64,000 nt of DNA, taken from an uncultured Candidatus Rokubacteria bacterium (GTDB taxonomy: Bacteria; Methylomirabilota; Methylomirabilia; Rokubacteriales; CSP1-6). Below, piece after piece: positions 43,138 through 53,288 of the stretch; position 1 is the first letter of the stretch, and every line of letters starts with the position of its first letter. Below the pieces are notes generated by a model. The model was given only the letters and a program-made list of their open reading frames with translations. It did no database searches and was not told the origin of the DNA. The position numbers were made by a program, and so were the translations under genes. The DNA lies in NCBI GenBank assembly GCA_963758635.1, contig CAVWWD010000004.1:1-64000 (forward strand), read 5' to 3'.

Positions 43138-44999
43138 GCGCGTCGCCCGCCGCCGCGGATGGGGGGACCTTCCCGCGCGTGCTCGCCGCCCAGGCGCGGC
43201 GGCTCGGCGCCCGACACGTCGCGCTGCGCGAGAAGCGCTTCGGGATCTGGCAGGAGGTCACCTGGGAGAGCTACGCCGCCCACGTGCGCGCGGTGAGCCT
43301 CGGCCTGGTGTCCCTCGGGATCCAGCGCGGCGACACGGTGGCGGTGCTCTCCGGCAACCGGCCGGCCTGGCTCTACGCGGAGCTCGCCGCGCAGGCCGCG
43401 GGCGCCATCCCCCTCGGCGTCTACGTGGACAGCCTGCCCGAGCAGGTCCAGCGCATCCTCGAGCACAGCGAGGCGTGCGTGGCGTTCGTGGAGGACCAGG
43501 AGCAGGCCGACAAGGTCCTGGCCGCGCGCGGCGCGGCGCCGCGCCTCCGGCACATCGTCGTGGAGGACACGCGCGGGCTCGAGGACGAGCGCGACCCGAT
43601 GCTCGTGAGCCTGGACGCGGTGGAGGCGGCGGGCCGCGAGCTGGACGCGCGCGAGCCCGGCCGCTACGAGGCGCTGCTCGCCGCCGCCGATCCCGGCGAC
43701 GTGGCCCTGCTCGCCTACACCTCGGGCACCACGGGCGCGGCCAAGGCCGCGATGATCAGCCACCGGAACCTCCTCGCGATGGCGGCGAGCGTGACCCAGG
43801 TGGACCGGGTGGGCGAGGGCGACGAGATCGTCTCGTTCCTGCCCTTCGCGTGGGTGGGCGAGCAGCTCCTGAGCGTGGGCATCGGGCTCCACACGGGCGC
43901 CACCGTGAACTTCCCCGAGGAGCCGGAGACGGTGCGCGACGACCTGCGCGAGATCGGCCCCCACGTGATGATCGCGCCGCCGCGGTTCTGGGAGGCGATG
44001 TGCTCCGAGTACCAGGTGAAGATCGCCGACGCGGGCTGGCTCAAGCGCGCGGCCACGCGCGCGGCCCTGGCCCTCGGCGAGCAGGTGGCCGCGCGCGAGC
44101 TCGCCGGCCGACCCGCCGGCCTCGGCGACCGTGCGCGGCGCGCGCTGGCCGGGCTCCTGGCGTTCCGGACGCTGCTCGACAAGTTCGGGCTCTCGCGCGT
44201 CCGCTACGCCTACACCGGCGGCGCGCCGCTCGGGCCGGAGATCTTCCGCTTCTTCCGGGCCGTGGGACTCAACCTCAAGCAGGTATACGGGCAGACGGAG
44301 TCCTCCGGCATCTGCGTGCTGCATCCGGACGGCGACGTGCGGGCGGAGACGCTGGGGAAGCCGACGCCGGGCACCCAGCTCCGCATCTCCGAGGACGGCG
44401 AGATCCTCATCGCGGGCGATAGCGTCTTCGTGGGCTACTACAAGAACGCGGAGGCGACGGCAAGCGCCAAGGACGGCGCGTGGCTCCGGACCGGCGACGC
44501 CGGCGTCATCGACGAGCGCGGCCACCTCGTGATGATCGACCGGCTCACCGACGTGCTCCGCCTCGCCGACGGCTCGCGCTTCTCCCCGGCCCTCATCGAG
44601 AACAAGCTGAAGTTCAGCCCCTACGTGCGCGAGGCGGTGGCGATCGGCGAGGGGCGGCCCCACGTGGTGGCCCTCGTCCTGATCGACATGGGCAACGTGG
44701 CGAGCTGGGCCGAGGCCCACCGCGTGCCCTTCACCACCTTCCAGGACCTCTCCCGCAAGCCCGAGGTCGCCGCCCTCGTCGGCGAGGCGGTGAGCCGCGT
44801 CAACCAGGACCTGCCCGCGGCCGCGCGCATCCAGGCCTTCGACCTCTTCGACAAGGAGCTGGACGCCGACGACGGCGAGCTCACGCGGACGCAGAAGGTG
44901 CGCCGGTCCGCCATCCTCACGCGGTACGCGGCGATGATCGACACCCTGTACGCGCGGCCAGGCGCGCCGGCGGCCGAGGCCCTCGCGGGGAGACGCTGA
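43134..44999 (+). CDS. Long-chain acyl-CoA synthetase
   Basis: YTSGTTG..K, YGQTE, WLRTGDAG, ELTRTQKVRR. Confidence 0.9.
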   Translation: MSASPAAADGGTFPRVLAAQARRLGARHVALREKRFGIWQEVTWESYAAHVRAVSLGLVSLGIQRGDTVAVLSGNRPAWLYAELAAQAAGAIPLGVYVDSLPEQVQRILEHSEACVAFVEDQEQADKVLAARGAAPRLRHIVVEDTRGLEDERDPMLVSLDAVEAAGRELDAREPGRYEALLAAADPGDVALLAYTSGTTGAAKAAMISHRNLLAMAASVTQVDRVGEGDEIVSFLPFAWVGEQLLSVGIGLHTGATVNFPEEPETVRDDLREIGPHVMIAPPRFWEAMCSEYQVKIADAGWLKRAATRAALALGEQVAARELAGRPAGLGDRARRALAGLLAFRTLLDKFGLSRVRYAYTGGAPLGPEIFRFFRAVGLNLKQVYGQTESSGICVLHPDGDVRAETLGKPTPGTQLRISEDGEILIAGDSVFVGYYKNAEATASAKDGAWLRTGDAGVIDERGHLVMIDRLTDVLRLADGSRFSPALIENKLKFSPYVREAVAIGEGRPHVVALVLIDMGNVASWAEAHRVPFTTFQDLSRKPEVAALVGEAVSRVNQDLPAAARIQAFDLFDKELDADDGELTRTQKVRRSAILTRYAAMIDTLYARPGAPAAEALAGRR

Positions 45000-45904
45000 T
45001 GGGCGACGACGTGGTCTTCATGCTCCAGCTCGTCATCACCGGCATCGCGGTGGGCGGCGTGTACTCGCTGATGGCGCTGGGCTTCGTGCTGATCTTCAAG
45101 GCCTCGGCGGTGGTGAACTTCGGTCCGGGGGAGCTGGTGCTGTTCGGCGCCTACGTGGCGTGGGCGACCATCCTGCACATGAAGATGCCGCTCTATGTGG
45201 CGCTGCCCGTGACCCTCGTCGTGGCCATCGCCCTCGGCCTCGTCATCGAGCGCGGGGTGCTCCGGCCTCTCATCGGACACCCGATCATCTCGGTCATCAT
45301 GGTGACGTTCGGGGTGGCGAGCGTGATCCGCGGGGTCCTCAACATGGCGTGGGGAAGCGACACCCGCCCGTTCCCCGTGCTCTTCTCTCAGCAACCCTTC
45401 CACCTCGGCCCGGTGCCGGTGTCCCCCGTGCACCTCTGGAGCTTCGTCGGGGTGCTCGGCCTCCTCGCGGCCTTTTCGATCTTCTTCCGCTTCTCTCTCA
45501 CCGGGATGGCGATGCGGGCGACCGCGGACAACCAGCAGGTCGCCCAATCGCTGGGCGTGAGCGTGAAGTGGATCTTCGCGCTCTCGTGGTGCATCGCCAC
45601 CGTGGTCTCGACGCTCGGCGGCATCATCCTCGGCAGCGTGCGCGGCGGCGTGGACTTCTCGCTCGCCGACCTTGGCCTCAAGGTGTTTCCCGTGGTCATC
45701 CTCGGCGGGCTCGATAGCGTGGCCGGGGCCATCATCGGCGGGGTGCTCATCGGGGTGCTCGAGAACCTCTCCGGCGGCTACCTCGACCCGATCTTCGGCG
45801 GCGGCGTGAAGGAGGTGGCGCCCTTCGTGGCGCTGGTGATCATCCTGATGATCCGGCCCTACGGCCTCTTCGGCAAGCCGATCAGTGATCGAGCGCGATC
45901 ATGA
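44999..45904 (+). CDS. Liv-type ABC permease (LivH-like)
   Basis: YSLMALGFVLIFK...VVNF, GMAMRATADN, ILGGLDS. Confidence 0.9.
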   Translation: MGDDVVFMLQLVITGIAVGGVYSLMALGFVLIFKASAVVNFGPGELVLFGAYVAWATILHMKMPLYVALPVTLVVAIALGLVIERGVLRPLIGHPIISVIMVTFGVASVIRGVLNMAWGSDTRPFPVLFSQQPFHLGPVPVSPVHLWSFVGVLGLLAAFSIFFRFSLTGMAMRATADNQQVAQSLGVSVKWIFALSWCIATVVSTLGGIILGSVRGGVDFSLADLGLKVFPVVILGGLDSVAGAIIGGVLIGVLENLSGGYLDPIFGGGVKEVAPFVALVIILMIRPYGLFGKPISDRARS

Positions 45905-45915
45905 GGGCGGGCGCG

Positions 45916-46964
45916 ATGAAGTGCGGCAGGGTTCCGGATCACGCTACGCGCGGGTCGACGAGCGCATCTTCGACACCGTGGTCCCCATCGTGGGGCTCGT
46001 CCTCCTCCTGCTCGCCCTCGCCGCGGTGCCGCGCTTCGCCACCACCTACTGGCTCGACGTGCTGAACCGGATCGGTATCGCTGTCATCGGCGCGATCGGC
46101 CTCAACATCCTCGTGGGCTACACGGGCCAGATCTCGATCGGCCACGCCGCCTTCCTCGCCGTGGGCGCGTACTCCACCGCCATCCTCGAGGTCAACGTGG
46201 GCCTGCCGTTCTTCCTCGCCATTCCGCTCGGCGCCGTGATCACCTCGGGAATCGGACTTGTCTTCGGCATCCCATCCCTGCGCCTCAGGGGCCTGTACCT
46301 CGCCATCGCCACCCTGGCCGCCTACTTCATCACCACCTACGTCATCGTCCACTGGGAGAGCATGACCAAGGGCGTGCTCGGCCTCTCCGTGCCGCCGGCG
46401 ATGGTGTTCGGCCTGCCGCTCGACTCCGACGCCCGCGTGTTCTACCTGATCTTCGCCCTCGTCGTCCCGGCCACGCTGTTCGCCAAGAACCTCTTCCGGA
46501 CCCGGGTGGGGCGAGCGTTCATCGCCATCCGCGACCGTGACGTGGCGGCGAGCGTCATGGGCGTGAGCCTGCTCCGCTACAAGCTCCTCGCCTTCCTCAT
46601 CAGCTCGTTCTACGCCGGGGTGGCGGGCGGGCTCATGGCCCATCACTCGCGCATCCTGTTTCCCGACGCCTTCACGCTGCTCGTGTCCATCGACTACCTC
46701 GCGATGGTCATCATCGGGGGGATGGGCAGCATCCTCGGCTCCATCTTCGGGGCCGTCTTCATGACCCTCCTGCCCGAGGTGCTCAAGCTGAGCGCCACGT
46801 CGCTGACCGGGGTGTACCCACAGGCCTTCGGGCTGATCGCCTCAACGCGCGACGTGGTCTTCGGCCTCGCCGTCATCCTGTTCCTGATGTACGAGCCCCA
46901 GGGGCTCGCGCGCATCTGGGTGCGGTTCCGCAGCTACTGGCAGCTGTGGCCGTACTCGTACTGA
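45916..46964 (+). CDS. Liv-type ABC permease (LivM-like; start frameshifted)
   Basis: GYTGQISIGHAAF, LRGLYLAIATL, AIRDRDVAA, IIGGMGS. Confidence 0.9.
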
Positions 46965-47002
46965 CCGTGGGTCAACGTCGAACCCGTGAGAAGGAGAGCG
47001 CT

Positions 47003-48208
47003 ATGAGCCGCTCGCATGGCCCCCTCGTTCGGCTCGTCCTCGTCGCCCTGCTCGTCGCCGGCCTCGGCGTCGCGACGGCGGAGGCCCAGGCCCCCCAGGC
47101 CCCGATCAAGATCGGCAACCTCGTGGACCTGACCGGCCCCACATCCGACCAGGGCAAGGACATCGCCCAGGGCCGCACCGACGCCGTGCAGTATTTCAAC
47201 GAGAAGGGCGGCGTCGGCGGCCGGAAGCTCGAGCTGGTGAGCGTGGAGTACGGCTTCCAGCCCCCACGCGCCGTGGCCGCGTACAAGAAGTTCGTCGAGG
47301 AGGACAAGGTGCTCCTGGTGCTGGGTTACGGGACGCCGGACACCGAGGCCCTCCGCCCCTTCATCACCAAGGACAAGGTGCCGTACATCTCGGGCTCGTA
47401 CTCCGGGCACCTCACCGATCCCAAGCAGACGCCCTACAACTTCCCCGGGGGCATCGATTACACGAGCCAGATCCGCATCTTCCTGAACTACGTCAAGGAG
47501 ACGTGGACGGACAAGAGCCGCAAGCCGCGGGTGGCGTTCATCTACGCGGACAACGCCTACGGCCGCGCGCCCATCGAGTCGGGACGCGCGTACGCGAAGG
47601 AGATCGGCGTCGACCTCGTGGACGAGGAGATCATCCCCACCGTCCTCACCGACGCCACGTCGCAGCTCCTGACCATGAAGAAGAAGGATCCCGACTTCGT
47701 CTACATCAACACCAACACGCAGTGGGTGCCGGTGGTGCTGAAGGACTCGTACAAGCTCGGCCTCAAGGTGAAGTACGTGGTCAACAACTACGGCATCGAC
47801 GAGCGCACCCCCGGCCTGGCCGGGGACTCCGCCGAGGGCGTGATGGGCATCCAGGACGTCGCGTACTGGGGCGAGAACGTGCCGGGCATGAAGACCCTGA
47901 TGGAGTTCAACAAGAAGCAGCACGGGGACGTCCAGCGCGCGTCGCCGTACATGCGCGGATGGCTCACCGTCATCGTGGCCGTCGAGGCCATGAAGCGGGC
48001 GGGCGGCACCCTGACGGGCGAGACGGTGAAGAAGGGGCTCGAGAGCCTGAAGGAGTTCGACACGTGGGGGATCACCCCGCCCTTCACGTACACGAGCGAG
48101 GACCATCGGCCCACCAACCGCGCCCGGCTCGTCACCATCAAGGGCGGCAAGATCGTGCAGCTCCGCGAGGTGTCGGTCGACCGCGACATGAAGTGGATCG
48201 GGAAGTAG
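47003..48208 (+). CDS. Liv-type ABC substrate-binding protein
   Basis: Signal peptide; IKIG.L.DLTGP, N..GG..GRKLEL. Confidence 0.9.
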   Translation: MSRSHGPLVRLVLVALLVAGLGVATAEAQAPQAPIKIGNLVDLTGPTSDQGKDIAQGRTDAVQYFNEKGGVGGRKLELVSVEYGFQPPRAVAAYKKFVEEDKVLLVLGYGTPDTEALRPFITKDKVPYISGSYSGHLTDPKQTPYNFPGGIDYTSQIRIFLNYVKETWTDKSRKPRVAFIYADNAYGRAPIESGRAYAKEIGVDLVDEEIIPTVLTDATSQLLTMKKKDPDFVYINTNTQWVPVVLKDSYKLGLKVKYVVNNYGIDERTPGLAGDSAEGVMGIQDVAYWGENVPGMKTLMEFNKKQHGDVQRASPYMRGWLTVIVAVEAMKRAGGTLTGETVKKGLESLKEFDTWGITPPFTYTSEDHRPTNRARLVTIKGGKIVQLREVSVDRDMKWIGK

Positions 48209-48251
48209 GCCGAGAGGACACGTCGTGAGCCCGACGCCAAACCCTCCGAAG

Positions 48252-48290
48252 CCCTCTCCCCGCCCGGGGGAGAGGGTTGGGTGAGGGGGG
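48252..48290. repeat. REP-like palindromic element
   Basis: CCCTCTCCCC-GCCCG-GGGGAGAGGG hairpin followed by TTGGGTGAGGGG, between the SBP and ATPase genes. Confidence 0.65.
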
Positions 48291-48327
48291 AGATGATCAA
48301 GCAGTGGAAGGAACCGCAACCCGACCG

Positions 48328-49122
48328 ATGCTGCGGCTGAACAACGTCCAGGTCATCTACAGCGACGTGATCCTGGTCCTCAAGGGCCTGTCCCTCGAGG
48401 TGCCGGAGGGGCAGATCGTGGCGCTCCTCGGCGCCAACGGGGCAGGGAAGACCACGACGCTCAAGGCCATCTCCGGGCTGCTCAAGACCGAGGACGGCAA
48501 GGTGACGGACGGCAGCATCGAGCTCGAGGGGCGGCGGATCGACGGCCGGGACCCGGAGGACATCTGCCGCCTCGGCATCGTGCAGGTCATGGAAGGCCGA
48601 AAGGTGCTGGAGAGCCTCACCGTCGAGGAGAACCTGCGGATCGGCGCCTACACGCGCCGGGACCCCGACGGGGTGCGGCAGGACATGCAGACGATCTTCG
48701 ACTACTTCCCCCGGCTGGTGGAGCGGCGCGCCCAGCTCGCGGGGTACCTCTCGGGCGGCGAGCAGCAGATGCTGGTGATCGGGCGCGCGCTCATGGCCAA
48801 GCCCCGCCTGCTGCTGCTCGACGAGCCCTCCCTCGGCCTCGCCCCCCTGCTCGTGCGCGAGATCTTCGAGATCATCCAGAAGATCAACGCCGAGCGGGGG
48901 ACGACGTTCCTCCTCGTGGAGCAGAACGCCCAGATCGCGCTCGGCATCGCCTCCTACGGCTACATCATGGAGAACGGCCGCATCGTCTTCGACGGCCCCG
49001 CCGAGAAGCTCCGCGGCAACGACGACGTGCGCGAGTTCTACCTGGGCCTCTCCGAGGCGGGCCGGCGCAAGAGCTTCAAGGACCTGAAGTTCTACAAGCG
49101 CCGCAAGCGCTGGGTGTTCTGA
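48328..49122 (+). CDS. Liv-type ABC ATP-binding protein (LivF-like)
   Basis: GANGAGKT, LSGGEQQM, LDEPSLGLAP, VEQN. Confidence 0.9.
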   Translation: MLRLNNVQVIYSDVILVLKGLSLEVPEGQIVALLGANGAGKTTTLKAISGLLKTEDGKVTDGSIELEGRRIDGRDPEDICRLGIVQVMEGRKVLESLTVEENLRIGAYTRRDPDGVRQDMQTIFDYFPRLVERRAQLAGYLSGGEQQMLVIGRALMAKPRLLLLDEPSLGLAPLLVREIFEIIQKINAERGTTFLLVEQNAQIALGIASYGYIMENGRIVFDGPAEKLRGNDDVREFYLGLSEAGRRKSFKDLKFYKRRKRWVF

Positions 49123-49205
49123 GCCGGCCGCGACACCGGCCGTGCTCCCGCATCACCCTCCGCCCCCACGGCCTCGCCCGCAGCACGCATTGGAGTGAGA
49201 CCCTC

Positions 49206-49793
49206 ATGGGAACGACGTTGATGAACGACTGTCGGGAACCAGGCAAGATCATCCTGATCAACGGTGCGTCGAGCGCAGGGAAATCGACACTCGCGCGCTC
49301 GCTGCAGCAGCAGTTGCCCGAACCGGTCCTGCATTGGTCGTTCGATCATCTGCGCGCGTCCGACGCGTTGCCCATGGCGCGTATTCGGAGCGGCGAGCTC
49401 GACTGGGCACGCATGCGCCCTGCTGTCTTCGACGGGTTCCATCGCTGTCTGCCCGCCGTCGCCAGGCCGGCAACAACCTGATCGTGGATCACATCATCGA
49501 GCAGGAGCAGTGGCTGGCCGATCTGATCGAGCTGCTGGCGCCATTTGACGTGTTCCTTGTCGGGGTGCACTGCCCGTTGCCAGAGCTGGAACGTCGGGAA
49601 CGGCGACGGGGCGACCGGCGCCCCGGAGAGACTCGCAGGGACTTTCACACCGTGCGATCGTTTCACGGAGTACGATCTCGCCATCGATGCGACCCAGCCG
49701 ACCGAGGGCAACGTGGCAAGGCTGATCACGGCGTGGCAAGCCGGCGGAGCCGCCCGACGGCATTTGAGCAGCATGGCGACATATGAGCATTGA
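49206..49793 (+). CDS. Chloramphenicol phosphotransferase-like P-loop kinase (frameshifted)
   Basis: IILINGASSAGKST, GNNLIVDH, VGVHCPL.EL.RRE..RGDR, YDLAIDAT. Confidence 0.8.
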
Positions 49794-49972
49794 CACTCGC
49801 AGGCCGCTGGAGGAATCGGCGTATGACGATTCGGCGGTGATCACCGTGTCTTCTGTGGAACGGATACGGCGGGCAGCGCGTGCGCATCAGGTCATCGAAT
49901 GAGGAAGGGGGCGAGCAGGAGCGTCGAGCGTGAGCCGCAAGAGACAGAAGGGGCGGAAGGAGCGGAAGCCCC

Positions 49973-50374
49973 ATGAGGAAGAGCGGGTCTCCTCAGACGG
50001 GAACGTCTCCCTCTCGGATGATCGACGAGAGGATCAAGGAGCTGGGAGACTGGCGGGGCAAGATGCTCTCCCGGCTTCGCGCCGTGATCAAGCAAGCCGA
50101 CCCCGAGGTGGGCGAAGAGTGGAAGTGGAGAGGGGTTCCGGTATGGTCTCACGACGGATTGATCTGCACCGGCGAGACGTACAAGAACGTCGTGAAGATG
50201 ACTTTTTCCAAGGGGGCCGCACTCGAGGACCCCGCGGGCCTCTTCAATGCCAGTCTCGATGGCAACACCAGGCGCGCCATCGACTTCCACGAGGGCGAGA
50301 AGATCGACGAGGGGGCATTGAAGGCGCTTGTTCGCGCGGCCGTGACGCTGAACACGTCCCGCGCCCACGGCTGA
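49973..50374 (+). CDS. DUF1801 (YdhG-like) protein
   Basis: LGDWRG, EEWKW.GVPVW, KGAALEDP.GLFN..L.GN.RRAID. Confidence 0.85.
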   Translation: MRKSGSPQTGTSPSRMIDERIKELGDWRGKMLSRLRAVIKQADPEVGEEWKWRGVPVWSHDGLICTGETYKNVVKMTFSKGAALEDPAGLFNASLDGNTRRAIDFHEGEKIDEGALKALVRAAVTLNTSRAHG

Positions 50375-50418
50375 TCGAGCGCCCCGCCGCTCCCCGCCGC
50401 GGTGCTACACTGCCGACC

Positions 50419-50953
50419 ATGCCGTGGCGCCTCGCGCTGCTCCTGCTCGTCCTGCTCGTCGCTGCCGGCCGGCGTCGGCGCGCAGGAGCTCTCGCCCGGC
50501 GCCCGCGCTCCCGAGTTCAGCCTGGCCGGCTCGGACGGCCGCGAGTATCGCCTCTCCGACCTCGTGGGCAAGCGCGGGGTAGTCCTCGCCTGGTTCCCGA
50601 AGGCCTTCACCGCGGGCTGAACGCAGGAGCTCAGTGCGCTGCGGGACAGCGCCGACGAGCTCGCCCGGTTCGACGTGGCCACGTTCATGGTGAGCATGGA
50701 CAAGCCGGACCGGAACCGCGAGTTCGCCGAGTCCCTCGGGGCCAAGCACGTGCTCCTGTCCGATCCCTCGGGGGCGGTCGCCAGCGCGTACGGCGTGCGC
50801 GCCCTCGGCGGCCTCGTCGCCCGCCGCTGGACGTATTACATCGACCGCGACGGCATCATCCGGTTCGTCGACAAGCAGGTGAACGTGGAGCGCGCCGGCC
50901 AGGACATCGCGCGACGGCTCGCCGAGCTGGGGTTCCCCCGCCGTTCGCCGTAG
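50419..50953 (+). CDS. Peroxiredoxin (AhpC/TSA, BCP-like), probable selenoprotein, with signal peptide
   Basis: APEFSL..SDG, WFPKAFTAG-TGA-TQEL with UGA (50618-50620) at the peroxidatic Cys position; frame continues to VSMD, LLSD, RWTYYID.DG; one frameshift in the leader. Confidence 0.85.
50627..50662 (+). promoter_or_regulatory. Bacterial SECIS-like hairpin
   Basis: GAGCTC-AGT-GCGCTG-CGGGA-CAGCGC-CGAC-GAGCTC; the G-containing loop starts about 21 nt after the UGA. Confidence 0.75.
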
Positions 50954-50996
50954 CCAGCCACGCGTCCGTTCCCGTCACGCTCGAAGGAGATCCATC

Positions 50997-51897
50997 ATGC
51001 GCATCGGATTCATCGGGCTCGGCAACATGGGCGGGCCGATGGCCCTGAACCTCATCAAGGCCGGCCATGCCCTCGTCGTCCACGAACGTCCGTCGCGAGG
51101 CAGCGAAGCCGCACCTCGCCGAGGGCGCGACGTGGGCGGACAGCCCCCGCGCCGCGGCCACGGGCGCGGAGCTTATCCTCACGTCGCTCCCCGGCCCGCA
51201 CGAGGTGGAGGACGTCGCGCTGGGCCCGAACGGCATCGTCCACGGCGCGTCGGGCGGCGCCGTCTTCGCCGAGCTGTCCACCGGCTCGGCCACGCTGATG
51301 CGGAAGATCCACGACGAGATGAAGGCGCGCGGCGTCACCGTGCTGGACGCGCCGGTGTCGGGCGGCGTGCGGGGTGCGCAGCGCGGCACGCTCCAGGTCA
51401 TGGTGGGCGGCGACGAGGAGGCGTTCCATCGCCTCAAGCCCGTCTTCGGCGCCATCGGCGACAAGGTCGGTTGGATGGGCCCGATCGGGGCGGGGACCAT
51501 CGCCAAGCTCGTCCACAACATGGTCGGTGTGGTCACGCGCGCCGCCGTCGCCGAGGGCTTCACGCTGGGCGTGAAGGCGGGCGTCAGCCCCGAGGCGCTG
51601 CTGGAGGCCCTCCGCGGCGGATCGTTCGGGCAGGGGCTCACGCTCTCGCAGGTCGTGCCCGACTTCGTGATGACGGGCGACTTCGACACGGTGCGCTTCC
51701 CCTGGCGGGGCGTCCGCAAGGACCTGGGGCTGGCCACCTCGCTCGCGCGCGAGTACGAGGTGCCGCTCCCGCTGGCTTCCGTCGCCGAGCAGGACCTGAT
51801 CCACGGCCTGGCGCGCGGCTGGGGCGAGCGGGACTTCTGCGCTCCCTGGCTCCTGCAGGAGGAGCGCGCGAGCGTGCAGGTGCGCAAAACGCGGTGA
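50997..51897 (+). CDS. 3-hydroxyisobutyrate dehydrogenase-family oxidoreductase (frameshift near 51083)
   Basis: IGFIGLGNMG.PMA.NL, DAPVSGG, AKLVHN, KDLGLA. Confidence 0.9.
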
Positions 51898-51952
51898 CGG
51901 CTGGGCCCGGCCCGGACGACGCGGTGCCCGCGGGCTCCGCGAGGAGGGCGCG

Positions 51953-53269
51953 ATGCTGACGAGAGAAGACAACGAGCTCCTGTGTCGCGTGGGCCCCGGC
52001 ACGCAGATGGGAGCGCTGCTGCGGCAGTACTGGATTCCCGCCCTCCTGTCGCGCGAGCTGCCCGAGCCCGATGGCCCGCCGATCCGCGTCCGCCTCCTCG
52101 GCGAGAACCTGATCGCCTTCCGCGTGACCTCGGGCGCCGTTGGCCTCTTGCCCAATCACTGCCCGCACCGCGGAGCCTCGCTCTTCTTCGGCCGGAACGA
52201 GGAGGACGGCCTCCGCTGCGCGTATCACGGCTGGAAGTTCGACCACGCCGGCCGGTGCGTGGACATGCCGAGCGAGCCGGAGGAGAGCGACTTCAAGTCC
52301 AAGGTGCGGGCGCGAGCCTACCCGTGCGTCGAGAGGAACGGCGTGGTCTGGGCGTACATGGGACCGCGGGCGGCTCCGCCGCCGCTGCCGGACCTGGAGC
52401 CGAACCTCTCGCCGGTGGGCCAGTCCACCGTCCAGAAGGTGTTTCGCGAGTGCAGCTGGTTCCAGGGACTGGAGGGTGACATCGACACCGCGCACGTGGG
52501 GTTCCTCCACCTGGGCGGCGTGAAGCCGGAGGACACCGCGCCCGGCACGTTCGACTACTACAACGTGGCTCGGCGGGCCCCGCGCTACGAGGTGGTCGAC
52601 ACGGACTTCGGCACGTCGTATGGCGCCTACCGGCCGGCGGAGGCCGACACGTACTACTGGCGGATCGCGCACTTCCTCTTCCCGTTCTTCACCATGATCC
52701 CGACCGGGCTCCTCGGCACGCAGGTCCTGGCGCGTGCCTGGGTGCCCGTGGACGACGAGCATCTGATGTTCTGGAGCATGGCCGTCCCGAGCACGCAGCA
52801 AGGCCGCGGCGGCGCTGGGAGCGCGGCGGCCATGACCGCGGGCGGCCGGCCGGTCGCGGCGGCGGGAGCGCGGGCCGGCGGCTTCGAGTTCCTGCCCGAC
52901 ACCGCCGACTGGCTCGGCAAGTTCCGGCTCGCCCAGCATCGGGGCAACGACTACCTGATCGACCGCGACGCCCAGCGCGCCAGTAGCTTCACCGGCATCG
53001 CGGGCATCCATCAGCAAGACACGGCCGTCACCGAGAGCATGGGCCCGATCATCGATCGCACGCAGGAGCACCTGGGCAGCTCGGACGCCATGGTGATCCG
53101 GACCCGGCGCCGGGTGCTCCACGCCGCCCGCGCCCTGCGGGACAGTGGCGTGGTGCCGCCCGGAGTCGACACGCCCGAGGTGTACCGGTGCCGCTCCGGC
53201 GGCATCGTCCTGCCTCGCGCGGCCCACTGGCTCGAGGCCACGCGAGAGCTCCGCCAGGGATCGACCTGA
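51953..53269 (+). CDS. Rieske non-heme iron oxygenase subunit (phthalate 4,5-dioxygenase/LigX-like)
   Basis: CPHRG, CAYHGW, EG.IDTAH..FLH, QD.AVTESMG.I.DRT.EHLG.SD. Confidence 0.9.
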   Translation: MLTREDNELLCRVGPGTQMGALLRQYWIPALLSRELPEPDGPPIRVRLLGENLIAFRVTSGAVGLLPNHCPHRGASLFFGRNEEDGLRCAYHGWKFDHAGRCVDMPSEPEESDFKSKVRARAYPCVERNGVVWAYMGPRAAPPPLPDLEPNLSPVGQSTVQKVFRECSWFQGLEGDIDTAHVGFLHLGGVKPEDTAPGTFDYYNVARRAPRYEVVDTDFGTSYGAYRPAEADTYYWRIAHFLFPFFTMIPTGLLGTQVLARAWVPVDDEHLMFWSMAVPSTQQGRGGAGSAAAMTAGGRPVAAAGARAGGFEFLPDTADWLGKFRLAQHRGNDYLIDRDAQRASSFTGIAGIHQQDTAVTESMGPIIDRTQEHLGSSDAMVIRTRRRVLHAARALRDSGVVPPGVDTPEVYRCRSGGIVLPRAAHWLEATRELRQGST

Positions 53270-53288
53270 TCACGCCGAGGAGAACCCG

